Assembly (NCBI RefSeq): GCF_030684315.1
Contig: NC_081358.1
Location: 3,038,001 to 3,102,000 of the forward strand
Direction: 5' to 3'
Length of the DNA stretch: 64,000 nt
Origin: Stegostoma tigrinum
Taxonomy: Eukaryota
In this document: positions 11,779 to 25,649 of the stretch, piece by piece
Layout of the letters: every line of letters starts with the position of its first letter
Position numbering within the stretch: the stretch's first letter is position 1
Notes under the pieces: generated by a model
The model's input: only the letters and a program-made list of their open reading frames with translations
Database searches by the model: none
Told to the model about the DNA's origin: nothing
Translations under genes and position numbers: made by a program

Positions 11779-13989
11779 GATCGCTTTCCTGCTGATTGTT
11801 TGCAAACTGTTATCACACAAACGACAGGTGTAGCATTTGCAGAGTTTTACCAGTTCTATACTTCGCGCTCTGTTGCAAAAGCAATTCATTGTTTTCACGG
11901 CGTCCTTTGCACTGTATAGTTAAACTCGGGCGAATAAAATGATTTTGCTCATCCTGCGAAATCTAATTATGGCGATCTGATTGTTCTATAATTGGATGCA
12001 ACATTTCACCCACTACCTCTCATTTTCCATCTTTGAGAAAACTTAAAAATGGGTTTCAAAACCTCCCGTCGTTAAACGCTCATCAATGAATATGCCACCT
12101 AAACTAACAAACCACATCCAATGTATTGCAGTCACGTCCAAAAAAAATGAATAGCGGAGGCCATTCAGCACTGAGAGTCTGTTCCGACATAAAATGAATT
12201 CAAGACGTGAGTGTGTTCTAATTCCAGATACCAACCGTGGATCCACATCTGCAAACAGGAAGGAACATGGTTGGGATAATGTTAGAATACCGGTCATCTA
12301 GAGCCCTGGGCTGAGACACTGGATACAAATTCACAACCGCTACGTTGGTTGAAGGATTACATTTTCAAAAGTTAGATTCAATAATACAATGAAACCACTG
12401 GATTTCCTTGAACGCCAATTGAGTTTACATATAACGCGTAGTCAAATCTGCCATCGTTTCTGTGAGACGTTTCAAACAGCAGTAGGATTGCTTCCTGGGC
12501 AGCCTCAACAATCCAACGGAGTGTATGAGCTGCTGCAGAGAAGTCAATTAAGAATAAAGCAGGAGAATCCATCTCCCTAGCATTGGGTATTGCAAGATAC
12601 CTCTCACTCATACCTGGGATCCTGTATCCATAGTTCAATAAATGGACCAACAGATCATACCTTAAAAACAGCCCCAATCTTGATCATCATCTTGCCTGCA
12701 CAGGGAAGAACAGATTGGCAGGATATCGAAATGTCAACTCTGAAACCCATGAAATTTCATACCGATATTTTTAAATTAACCGGTTCAGATATGTTTTGAC
12801 ACACGTCTGGAGCAGGTGGAACTTGAAGATGGAACTTCTGGTCCAGAGATAAGGGCACCACCATTGCACTACATCTGCCATTAGAAACTTCATCTCTAAC
12901 ATGAATTTTCAGGCAGCCAGATGAAAGATGGTTGGGAAACCTCCAGTTGATGGTGATACTCTGTTCTCAATTGATGCATCTGTTGAATGGGAGGCCAGCA
13001 GGGTGGTACTTCATCAGTCCCCTACATCATAAGATGAGAAATAAGAATATTTGTTGATGATTGCAATGCTCATGTTCATTCATGATTCATCAGAAATTGA
13101 ATTTGTTTATCTCTATATGTAGCAGGATCTGGGCAACATTTAGGCTTGAGCTAAGATGTTCACACAAGCATGAAGGAATGAACATCTGCAACATAAGGGA
13201 ATTTAAGCACCTCCACGTGACATTCAACTGCATCACTAAGACCAACACCATCAACTCTTGGGGGCTGCCATTGACCACAAACTAACTAGGCAACTCTGTA
13301 AACTCTGTGGTTAAAAGACAAGGTCAGAGGCCGGGAATATTGTGGAAAAAGCTCAACTCCTTGCTCCCTAAAGCCTGCCCACCATACAACTCGCTCACCA
13401 GCAGAATGGTGTAATCGTCTACAGTTGCCTGGATGAGAGTGGCCATAATAACACTCAAGAAGTTGAACACCATCCAAGGAAGAACAGTCCACTTTATTGG
13501 AACTCCATTCATCACTTTTCAACATTAACGTACAACAGTTGCTCAGTGTACCATCTGCAAGATGCTCTGCAGTTATTCACCATGGTTCATCTCCTAAACC
13601 CATGATCTCTAGAAAAACAAAGGTAGTAGGTACAAGACCTCCCCACACTGAACTGACTGGAAACATATAAATGTTTTTCATTATCACTGGGTCCAAATGC
13701 TCATACACCCACCTTAACAATGTTGAGTGCACATACACTGCAACCTCTGTGGTGCAGATCCCACAAAATAAACTTTGATAACAAAATACGTTTAGACCCA
13801 GATTAAAATGCATCTATATAATGAGCATGTATTGCTAATGAAATAAATGCTCCAATTTAGCTGCATTTTCATTGTTTTGTATGATTTCACTGAACAGGGA
13901 AACAGAACTGCACAAACTGTTTAGAAGGTAAAAACAAACAAAACAAAAATCTCACATTATATTCCATATGATATGCTTTCCCATCTTAC

Positions 13990-15130
13990 CCAATATTGTG
14001 ATGCCATTAGATAAGAATAGTGGTAAGGAACATCCAGGGAACTATAGACTGGTGAGCCTGATATCACTAGCGAGCAAGTTGTGGCACCAGATTTTGAAGG
14101 ACAGGATGTACATGCATTTGGAAAGAGAAGGACTGATTACAGATAGTTGATGTATCTTTGTGGATGGTCAATCATGTCTTAATAATTTGATTGAGATTTT
14201 GAAGTAGTGAGTAAGATAAGTGATGAAGGCTGAGCCATGGAAGTTGTCTGTATGGACTTCACTAAGGTGGTCAACAAACTTCAACATGGTAGATTGGTTA
14301 ACAAGATTAGATCACAGGGAATACAGGGAGAACCAGCTATTTGGATACATAATTGGTTCAAAGGTAGGATACAGAGCATGGTCGTGCAGAGTTGCTTTTT
14401 GGACTGGGGCAGTGGTGTGCCACAAGGATCAGTGCTGGGTCCACTGCTTTTTGCCATTTATGTCAATGATTTGGACGTGAATATAGGATTTATTGTCAGC
14501 AAGTTTGCAGATGGCACCGAAATTGATGGTGTACTGGACAGCAATGAAGATTACCACAGAGTAAAATGGAACATTGATAAGATGGTCTGATGGGCCAAGG
14601 AATAGCAGATGGATTTTAACCTAGATAAATGTGAGATGCTACACTTTGGGAGAGACCCTACTTTTTGGTAGGGTCCTGGAGATAGTTGTTGATCAAAGAG
14701 ACCTTGCAGTCCGTCTTCTTATTTCTTTCAAAGTGGAGTTGCAGGTAGACAGGGTACAGAAGAAGGCATATTGCATGCTTGCCTTTATCGGTCAGTGCAT
14801 TGAGTGTAGGAATTGGGATATCATGTTGTGGCTGTGCATTGGTTAAGGCACTTATGGAATATTATGTTCAGTTCGGGTCTACCTGCTATAGGAGAGATAT
14901 GAAACTTGAATGGTATCAGAAAAAAATCACAAGGGCTTTGGAAGGGTTGAACGGTTTGAGGTATAGGGAAAATCTGCATATGCCAGAGCTATTTTCCCCA
15001 GAGCATCATAGGCTTATAGAGCTTTAAAAAATCATGAAAGGCATGAATGGGGTGAACAGTCGAGGTCTTTTTCCCACAGCATGGGAGTCCAAAAGGGCAT
15101 AGGTTTAAGGTGAGAGGGGAAAGATTTGAA
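13990..15130 (+). mobile_element. Degenerate CR1 ORF2 fragment
   Basis: PGNYRLVSL, GVPQGSVLGPLLF, KFADG. Confidence 0.85.
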
Positions 15131-15924
15131 CTCAAATCCATAGAACATTATCTGTGTCTCTGGATTAACAGTCCAGTGAAAATACCACTAGGTCATTGTC
15201 TTCCCAGTTTATTGCCCATCCCTAATTGCCCAGAAGACAGATAAGAGTCAAACATATTGTTGTGGGACTTTTGCTTTTATGGCTTCCCCTATATCTATTC
15301 TGCTCATTCACTCCTTAAAGAACTCTATTATTTTTCAGGCATGACTTCCTCTTCATGATATGCTGCTGCTTTTGCATGGTCATATTACCTATATCCAAAG
15401 GTTCTGCTATTACTTTCATTAAACCAGATTCTGGCATTTTCCCAATAGCAGGCATTAAGGTAACTCTCCCACAGGGTCCAGGGATCCTTTCATTCTTTAG
15501 ACCTATGAATTTCCCTCACACCTTTTCTTCAGTGATAGGTGTTGTAATTATTTCCTCTCCATTTGCACCTCAAATATTTGGTAAATTTGGAATGCTTTTG
15601 AGCCTTCTACTGTGAAGACCAATCAAATGTATTCATTTAACACCCCGGCCATTTCCTGGTTCACGATTATTAGTAACCCAGACTCATTCTATCAGGCCCT
15701 ATGTTCACTCTTGATTCTGTCTTCCTTTTAATATCTACTAAAAAGAGTTCTTGTCATCCTACTTGATGTTACTGGCAAGTGTTTCCTGAAAGTTTATCTT
15801 CTCCCTCTTTAGAATCTTTGGGTCACGTTCTGTTCATTTCTAAAATGTTCCGAGTCCTCTGCCTTATAACTAGTCTTTGCCATATTGTACTATATTTCTT
15901 TCAATCTAACATAATATTTAATTT

Positions 15925-18397
15925 AGTATCAGAGATAATGGGAACTGCAGATGCTGGAGATTCCAAGATAATAAAATGTGAGGCTGGATGAACACAGCAG
16001 GCCAAGCAGCATCTCAGGAGCACAAAAGCTGACGTTTCGGGCCTAGACCCTTCATCAGAGAGGGGGATGGGGGGAGGGAACTGGAATAAATAGGGAGAGA
16101 GGGGGAGGCGGACCGAAGATGGAGAGTAAAGAAGATAGGTGGAGAAGGTGTGGGTGGGGAGGTAGGGAGGGGATAGGTCAGTCCAGGGAAGACGGACAGG
16201 TCAAGGAGGTGGGATGAGGTTAGTAGGTAGCTGGGGGTGCGGCTTGGGGTGGGAGGAAGGGATGGGTGAGAGGAAGAACCGGTTAGGGAGGCAGAGACAG
16301 GTTGGACTGGTTTTGGGATGCAGTGGGTGGGGGGGAAGAGCTGGGCTGGTTGTGTGGTGCAGTGGGGGGAGGGGATGAACTGGGCTGGTTTAGGGATGCA
16401 GTGGGGGAAGGGGAGATTTTGAAACTGGTGAAGTCCACATTGATACCATATGGCTGCAGGGTTCCCAGGCGGAATATGAGTTGCTGTTCCTGCAACCTTC
16501 GGGTGGCATCATTGTGGCAGTGCAGGAGGCCCATGATGGACATGTCATCAAGAGAATGGGAGGGGGAGTGGAAATGGTTTGCGACTGGGAGGTGCAGTTG
16601 TTTGTTGCGAACTGTTGCATTCCGCATGGAGATGGCCTCAAGGCCCTCCGCTTCTTCCTGTCCCGCAGGCCCGACCAGGCCCCCTCCACCGACACTCTCA
16701 TCCGCCTAGCGGAACTCGTCCTCACACTCAACAACTTCTCTTTTGACTCCTCCCACTTCCTACAGACTAAGGGGGTGGCCATGGGCACCCGCATGGGCCC
16801 CAGCTATGCCTGCCTCTTTGTAGGTTACGTGGAACAGTCCATCTTCCGCACCTACACAGGCCCCAAACCCCACCTCTTCCTCCGGTACATTGATGACTGT
16901 ATCGGCGCTGCCTCTTGCTCCCCAGAGGAGCTCGAACAGTTCATCCACTTCACCAACACCTTCCACCCCAACCTTCAGTTCACCTGGGCCATCTCCAGCA
17001 CATCCCTCACCTTCCTGGACCTCTCAGTCTCCATCTCAGGCAACCAGCTTGTAACTGATGTCCATTTCAAGCCCACCGACTCCCACAGCTACCTAGAATA
17101 CACCTCCTCCCACCCACCCTCCTGCAAAAATTCCATCCCCTATTCCCAATTCCTCCGCCTCCGCCGCATCTGCTCCCACGATAAGACATTCCACTCCCGC
17201 ACATCCCAGATGTCCAAGTTCTTTAAGGACCGCAACTTCCCCCCCACGGTGATTGAGAACGCCCTTGACCGCGTCTCCCGCATTTCCCGCGACACATCCC
17301 TCACACCCCGCCCCCGCCACAACCGCCCCAAGAGGATCCCCCTCGTTCTCACACACCACCCTACCAACCTCCGGATACAACGCATTATCCTCCGACACTT
17401 CCGCCATTTACAATCCGACCCCACCACCCAAGACATTTTTCCATCCCCACCCCTGTCTGCTTTCCGGAGAGACCACTCTCTCCGTGACTCCCTTGTTCGC
17501 TCCACACTGCCCTCCAACCCCACCACACCCGGCACCTTCCCCTGCAACCGCAGGAAATGCTACACTTGTCCCCACACCTCCTCCCTCACCCCCATCCCAG
17601 GCCCCAAGATGACATTCCACATTAAGCAGAGGTTCACCTGCACATCTGCCAATGTGGTATACTGCATCCACTGTACCCGGTGCGGCTTCCTCTACATTGG
17701 GGAAACCAAGCGGAGGCTTGGGGACCGCTTTGCAGAACACCTCCGCTCAGTTCGCAACAAACAACTGCACCTCCCAGTCGCAAACCATTTCCACTCCCCC
17801 TCCCATTCTCTTGATGACATGTCCATCATGGGCCTCCTGCACTGCCACAATGATGCCACCCGAAGGTTGCAGGAACAGCAACTCATATTCCGCCTGGGAA
17901 CCCTGCAGCCATATGGTATCAATGTGGACTTCACCAGTTTCAAAATCTCCCCTTCCCCCACTGCATCCCTAAACCAGCCCAGTTCATCCCCTCCCCCCAC
18001 TGCACCACACAACCAGCCCAGCTCTTCCCCCCCACCCACTGCATCCCAAAACCAGTCCAACCTGTCTCTGCCTCCCTAACCGGTTCTTCCTCTCACCCAT
18101 CCCTTCCTCCCACCCCAAGCCACACCCCCAGCTACCTACTAACCTCATCCCACCTCCTTGACCTGTCCGTCTTCCCTGGACTGACCTATCCCCTCCCTAC
18201 CTCCCCACCCACACCTTCTCCACCTATCTTCTTTACTCTCCATCTTCGGTCCGCCTCCCCCTCTCTCCCTATTTATTCCAGTTCCCTCCCCCCATCCCCC
18301 TCTCTGATGAAGGGTCTAGGCCCGAAACGTCAGCTTTTGTGCTCCTGAGATGCTGCTTGGCCTGCTGTGTTCATCCAGCCTCACATTTTATTATCTT
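15925..18397 (+). mobile_element. Young Penelope-like retroelement (family 1): inverted 5' arm 15925-~16614, then 5'-truncated uninterrupted RT + GIY-YIG frame ~16615-18079 and 3' UTR
   Basis: GVAMGTRMGPSYA, RYIDD, VYCIHC...LYIGETKRRL; 14 bp TSD ataatatttaattt at 15911-15924 and 18398-18411. Confidence 0.95.
18300..18335 (+). ncRNA. Minimal hammerhead ribozyme motif in PLE 3' repeat (many further copies, e.g. ~5716, 21088, 31511, 39544, and minus-strand copies at ~16030-16057, 20278-20305, 45170-45198)
   Basis: CTGATGA (18304-10), helix II GGGTC-TAG-GCCC, GAAAC (18324-28), GTC cleavage triplet; matches the minimal hammerheads known from PLEs. Confidence 0.8.
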
Positions 18398-20215
18398 ATA
18401 ATATTTAATTTCCCTTCTTAACCACAGTTGCTGTATCTTTTTCTTCAAATCTTTTCCCTCACTGGGATATACCTTTGCTGAAAGACATGAAGTATTTTCT
18501 TAAATATTTGCCATTGTTTCTCAACTGTCTTTGTTGGTGAACTCCTTTTCCCAGTCCACTGCAGCCAGCTGTGCCCTCATATATTGCTAACTAGACTCAT
18601 TAACCCTCATCTGACTTCCAACGCCCATCAGAGTGTTTTTTGCATCGACTGAAATTTTATTAGGATTCATTTATACCACATGTAATGCACCCTTGTATCA
18701 AGGGCCATCGCTGTCATTTCCCCTCCAGTATTCAGATTTATTGTTTTATTTTGGGCTTAGGCTTTAATGACGTCAGGAGCTAAGTGGTTCTCTTGGAAGA
18801 ATATCTAAGGGTCAGTGATCTAACAATTTCTCAGCATGTATGACTTGATTGTATTGTGGATCAACTTTTCCATCATTTTACTTATGATCAACAGCAGAAT
18901 TATTGAAGTTGATAATTGACGTAATTGGATTTGCCCTGCTTTTTGGGCAAATGACTTACCTGGGCAATTTCCCACACTTTTGAGGAGATGCTAGTGTTAT
19001 AACTGCACTGGAGAAGCTTGACAAAGGTTGCAGCAAGTTCTGGAGTAAATATTTTCAGCACTATTCACAGAATACAGCGACAATAGACTTTGCAATATCA
19101 GTGCCTTCAGTCATTTCTTGATACTACACGGTGTGAATTAAATGGGGTGAAGCAAAACAGATTCTTATAAATGCCTGAGCCATGTCTTTTGCAGTGACAT
19201 AATTGTCTCTTCTATCATTGAAGATGGAAATATTTGTGGAATCTCCTCCTCCAGAGAATTGTTTAATAGTCCACCACCACTCACGACTGGTCATGTCGGG
19301 ACTGCACAGCTTATCTCTGATCTGTTGGTTATGGAACCAATTAAGTTTATTGATCATTCACTGCATATGCTGTTTGTTAGGAAATAAATCCTGTGTTGTC
19401 GCTTCACTAGGTTGATACCTCATTTTTAGACCTTCATCGTGTTTTTATTTTGGCAAAACCTCCTGCACACTTCCCATAGATTTTCCCCTAATCTGATGGT
19501 AATGGTGTAGTGGTGAATATATTGAAGTATGAAGTTATAGATTATGTTTGAGTACAATTCTGCTGCTGCTAACTTGTTGAGCTTCATTTGCCCTCTTTTA
19601 CTTGTTATATCACAATTTGACAAGTATTGATATTGACCGGGGAGTGTCAATTGACCACTAACAGCACAGCTTTCTTTGAGTGGTGTTGGGGGTCAGATTT
19701 ACAGAATGACATTTCCCTTTGTACGAAGAAGTGATTCCTGACATCATCAAACTAAAGGGCTCTGGCAACAGTTTTCCAAAATGTCTTAGAGATGGGAGAA
19801 GTGCCAGCCAAATACCTCTATTCCATTTGAGTTCAAAAATGGGGAGAAGGATAAATATGTAGTCATAGGTCTGTCAGTCTAACAGCAGTGGTTAACTTTT
19901 TAAAGCCATTAACCCGATAACAAATTAATTTAACTCTTAAAATCTATAGGCAAATAATAAATGTCACATCATATTTGGTAAAGAGAAATTGTGTCACACA
20001 AATGTTTAGATACAGCTCAGAAACTAAATTGTGAAGATGGCATAAGCAGGTCAAAAAGGGATTTAGAGTAAGTGAAGAATGTGGCAAAATCTAGGAAGTG
20101 GAATCTAATGTGGCAAAGTATAAAACTGTGCATTTTGGCAGGTGTTAAAACAGATTTATGTAGATATTTTCATTGGACATGCTGCATGCTTAGAAATCTA
20201 ACTTTAAAAATGTGG

Positions 20216-21222
20216 ATAATAAAATGTGAGGCTGGATGAACACAGCAGGCCAAGCAGCATCTCAGGAGCACAAAAGCTGACGTTTCGGGCCTAGACCCTT
20301 CATCAGAGAGGGGGATGGGGGGAGGGAACTGGAATAAATAGGGAGAGAGGGGGAGGCGGACCGAAGATGGAGAGTAAAGAAGATAGGTGGAGAGAGTGTA
20401 GGTGGGGAGGTAGGGAGGGGATAGGTCAGTCCAGGGAAGACGGACAGGTCAAGGAGGTGGGATGAGGTTAGTAGGTAGCTGGGGGTGCGGCTTGGGGTGG
20501 GAGGAAGGGATGGGTGAGAGGAAGAACCGGTTAGGGAGGCAGAGACAGGTTGGACTGGTTTTGGGATGCAGTGGGTGGGGGGGAAGAGCTGGGCTGGTTG
20601 TGTGGTGCAGTTGGGGGAGGGGATGAACTGGGCTGGTTTAGGGATGCAGTAGGGGAAGGGGAGATTTTGAAACTGGTGAAGTCCACATTGATACCATATG
20701 GTATCAATGTGGACTTCACCAGTTTCAAAATCTCCCCTTCCCCCACTGCATCCCTAAACCAGCCCAGTTCATCCCCTCCCCCAACTGCACCACACAACCA
20801 GCCCAGCTCTTCCCCCCCACCCACTGCATCCCAAAACCAGTCCAACCTGTCTCTGCCTCCCTAACCGGTTCTTCCTCTCACCCATCCCTTCCTCCCACCC
20901 CAAGCCGCACCCCCAGCTACCTACTAACCTCATCCCACCTCCTTGACCTGTCCGTCTTCCCTGGACTGACCTATCCCCTCCCTACCTCCCCACCTACACT
21001 CTCTCCACCTATCTTCTTTACTCTCCATCTTCGGTCCGCCTCCCCCTCTCTCCCTATTTATTCCAGTCCCCTCCCCCCATCCCCCTCTCTGATGAAGGGT
21101 CTAGGCCCGAAACGTCAGCTTTTGTGCTCCTGAGATGCTGCTTGGCCTGCTGTGTTCATCCAGCCTCACATTTTATTATCTTGGAATCTCCAGCATCTGC
21201 AGTTCCCATTATCTCTGATACT
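20216..21222. mobile_element. ~1 kb near-perfect zero-spacer palindrome made of two inverted PLE family 1 3' ends
   Basis: Centre ataccat|atggtat at 20697/20698; 15 bp TSD actttaaaaatgtgg at 20201-20215 and 21223-21237. Confidence 0.95.
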
Positions 21223-24200
21223 ACTTTAAAAATGTGGGTTTGTTTGTGTTAGCAATTAACTTTTGAAAATTAAATAGCCAGAATTCTAAGTGAGAGGAGG
21301 TGACCAAGAGTTGCTACAGAACGTCAGATAAGAACATTTGAAACTCTGATGTTTGTATTTAGCCTGTGTGAGGAAGTCATTCATGACAGAGAATGTATCA
21401 TGGTCTGAAGTGTGCAGAAGTCACTTGATGGAGTAAAATATGCCAAGCAGCACTCCTATGAAAAGGAGTTTGAAGTTATATTATCTTCGAATAAGAAGTT
21501 ATTATTAATCCTAGACCAACATATTGATATACAATCAGTAGAAAACTTGCGAAGTTAAGTTTTTGAAGTCTTTACACAGAAATGACTTGAAGCTTCACTG
21601 CAGATAGTAAAGCAATGAAAGAAGCTAAATCATGAATGAAATAACTAAGAAAGAGGTATGTCCAGTTCCAAAGTAACTTTTAAAAATGAAGAGAGTCCAT
21701 CTGAATTAGAAATGAGCTGGACTTAGTCTTGGTATGAGTAAAGCACCTGGATGTGTTTTAGAATTGCATGCAATATCTGTGAGTTATTCCAAAAAGATGC
21801 ACCTTGTGATACAAAGCTGATTCTATTCAATCTATAAAAAATTCTTTGGTTATTACTACTGTGTGTTCAAAAATCTTTGATAATGCGGTACAGAAGAACA
21901 GATTGTTTTTGTAATTATTTTTCTCTATTTCTGTTGTTAAACTTTCTGTTGTTTTAGTTTTGAAACAGACAAATATCTGAAATGGATGATACCCTTTGAA
22001 AGAAAGTTACTTCGTGTTGGTTGGAGTTTAGAAGAATAAGTGGCACCTGTTTGAAATATACAAGATGCTAAAGAATCTTGATAGGATGGACGTAGAAAAG
22101 ATGTTGGCTGTGATGATACTGTGGCTTTAAGAAGAGTGTTTTATGTTGGTTTCTGTTAGAGAGACATTAGGGGACAGGTAGTGAGCAGTCTATGAGAGGA
22201 GAAGCAACTTGTGAAACCCTGTGATAATAGGAACTGCAGATGCTGGAGAATCTGAGATAACAAGGTATGGAGCTGGATGAGCACAGCAGGCCAAGCAGCA
22301 TCTTAGGAGCACGAAAGCTGACGTTTTAGGCCTAGACCCTTCATCAGAAAGTTATCTGGTGAACCCCTGAAACTTTATTCAAAAGTTAGAACAATAGAAG
22401 CAACCTGAATGTGTCTGGTTGAGCTCTGACAGAACCAGGGCTTCTAGTTCTTTCGGTGGTAGAAACCGTTGGGGTTGAGAAATGCTGCCACCTTATTGTT
22501 ACGAGTGAAAGCTGGAGCTGTCTCTCTCTCTCAGAATTGTCTTTTGACACTTTTTTCCTCCTAGGTTGGAGAAATGCATATGAGAAAATCTGTTCTCTGA
22601 ATTTGCCTTTTGCCAAGGGAATGTTTATGGGATGTTACGATATTAAAACGCTTACTGGTTAGTAGTAAAACAATCTATTGTTATGTTAAGTTTTCCAATA
22701 GAGTTAAGTAATTCCAATTTCATTCTTCCTTTTTTTGTATTTTAACATAATGTGTTAACAAATTGCATTTTGCTTAACACTGAATAGTTTAACCAGTCGT
22801 ATTGCCCATGGGATACAGGACCTCACATTTACATTTGAAATAAGAAAAAGTTAGATCTAGGCTATCTTCTTAATATATTCCAATGGGTGTGGTCTGGTCT
22901 ATAACATCCCAGTTGTAGGAAAACCTAGAACTAGGGATGAATGTTTAAACATAAGGGGCCACTAACACAGGATAGAAGTAAGGAGACGTTTCTTTCCTTC
23001 ACATGTGATAACTGATCTTTGAAACACTCTTCCTTACATGGTGGTGGAAACAAAGTCCCTGAACATTTTGAATGCCAAGGTTGATAGATTTTTCATAAGC
23101 AAGGGGGTGAAACATTGTTGGTGGTAGACTAGAGTGTGGAGTAATCAAATCAGCCGCAATATTAATGAAAGGCGCAGTAGGCTTTGTCATCGGGTAGCCA
23201 GCTTTGTATGTAATTAAGCAGTGTCTTTGAAATATTGGAATAACTTGACATGGCAAATAGTGTTCATATTCTCTCTACAGATTTCCAAAAGGCATTTGCT
23301 AAGGAATCAAAATGGACTTGTTGTCCAAATTGAAAACCATGAAATTAAATTCACAACGGCTGCATGGTAAATAAATTGTCTACATGTAAGAAAGCAGAAA
23401 ATAGTGATGCATGTATGTTCTTTTCCCCAGTTCACTGAATTATAGAGTGGCTATGGTATAACAAGAAGCCATTGAACCTGTGTTTGCTGCCAATCTGGAA
23501 AAAAAAAACTTATTTAGTGCATTGAACCTCACATTTTTCCTAATTCTTTGCAGTTATTCATCTTGAGAAAATTATTCAATCATGAGAAATAAAAGCAACA
23601 ATACTCAGTGGATCTAGTACTACCTGTGGATAGAGAAACAGAATTATTGTTTTTAGTTAAATATAACATTTCTTCAGACTTCATGTTTAATGCACTGAGG
23701 AAAGGGAATTGAGGGAACAGAGGAAAAGCAAAAGGAAGGTCTGGGCTTGGGTGAAAGTCAAGAGAGGCTAATGCCAAAGATGCCACAGAACAAACAGCAA
23801 AAGGATTGGTCATGGTTGTCAAAATGAAACAAAACATTCAGCTACAGTTAGTATGGATAATAGAACAATGAACAGCTAGCTCCAAAAACAACACAAGGAA
23901 AACTTTTATCAGACTGACATGTGGAATTAAATCAAAACTAAAACTGGGAACAGAGTTCTGAAATTTTTCAAGTCAATATTGAGTCCAGAAGGCTGTAAAG
24001 TTCTTATTTGTAAAACAAAGTGCTAATTTTTGAGCTTGTATTGAATTTCAATTAAACACACAACAGGTCGAACTCAGAATTTTGAGCAAGGTGCAGCATT
24101 AAAATGGCAAGCAACCAGAAGCGTGTATTTTCAAATTATGGGACCGGAGAATGTGTGCAGAATGATGAGGATGAAATCAGGGACAGGGACATTTCAGTTC

Positions 24201-25649
24201 TGGAGAACTGAGTTGTCATTTTCCTCTCAGAGCAGAAGTTAAAGAAAGATTTATGTTGGCTTTTGTGCTCCTAAGATGCTGCTTGGCCTGCTGTGTTCAT
24301 CCAGCTTCACACTTTGTTATCTTGGATTCTCCAGCATCTGCAGTTCCCATTATCTCTGAAAGATTTAATGCACCTGTTTGACAGTCATGCATAGTTTTGC
24401 TAGAGTAAATACAAAGGAAATGTTTGCACTAGCAGTCATTTTGTAACCAAAGGTAATAGAGCTTAGAATGCTCTCTTGCTTGCAATTCTGAGTTTGACCT
24501 TTTTCATGTAAGGGCCTAGGCCCGAAACAGCAGCCTTCCTGCTCCTCTGATGCTGCTTGGCCTGCTGTGTTCACCCAGCTCTACGCCTTGTTATCTCAGA
24601 TTGTCCAGCATCTGCAGTTCCTACTATCTCTAATTAAAATGAAATTGGCTAAAGAAGAAGAAGGGACATGGACAACTTGAACAGCAAAGTTTTTGTGTTG
24701 TAGAATGCTGTCAGAGATGGGATGGGTGCTAATTCAATTGTGTTAGATAAATTGTTCAATGCTAAATAGGTTTAAAGAGCCATGTGGAAATAATAGAAGG
24801 TATGTATAATCTAATGGCACTTCTAAATGGCTAGACAAAATACACAGTATAAACTGAATGTCCTCCATTTGCAATGCAAGTATATATGATTCATTAAACT
24901 GTCAAGACTGGGATGCAATGCAGCCTGTACATTTCAGTCAATAGTTTCCAATTCTCTTGAAGAGGAGCAATAAAAACAGTATGCATCGAGTCTCCAGGAA
25001 TCACTGCTCCCAGTAGTTAATCTATTTTCAAGGCAATGGGTAGCATTGGATGCCAAGCAATTCTAAATGTAATACATCATCAACAAATAGATTACCATAG
25101 ATCTCTCCTGAATTTATGTGATAGTCACAAATATTAAAAGACAGATTGACAGTTCCAAAGTGAGCATAGTTTTGTCATATTCTCCCATTTGTTCATTTTA
25201 CAGAATTCAGAGATTGCTCCAGTAGGGAATTCATGTTTTGTAAATTTAGTCATGCTGACTAGGCTGCTTTGTATTGTCCAGCAGAAAGTGGTGATAATAA
25301 TCCATTGCTGGGGTGGGGGTGCGGGGGGTGTGGTGTGAGTGTAGTGCAGGTTCTCTCAGTGTAGTGTGTAGTGTTTCATTTTGAATAGCTGTTGAAATTT
25401 TTATAGGGTGGCTGTTGCTGTGGATCCAAAATCACATACAAGACAAACTCAGTAATGATGGCAGACTTCCTCCTCGGAAGGATGTTTGTTTCAACAGTAT
25501 CTTTGTTTATTAGGCATTATTGCTGACACATTTTTAAAAATTAATCTAATTGCCTGAATTTAAAATTCCAGATTCTCTAATGGAATTTTGATCATATCTC
25601 CAGATCATTAATCTATTATATAATGAGTATAATAACTTGAGCAACATAA

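Noticed and set aside
16481-18079. 532-aa ORF as a complete gene
   Set aside because: The first ~45 codons come from the inverted arm; it is a 5'-truncated PLE RT/GIY-YIG frame with a non-ATG start
20531-20864. Identical 104-aa ORFs on both strands
   Set aside because: Trivial consequence of the palindrome
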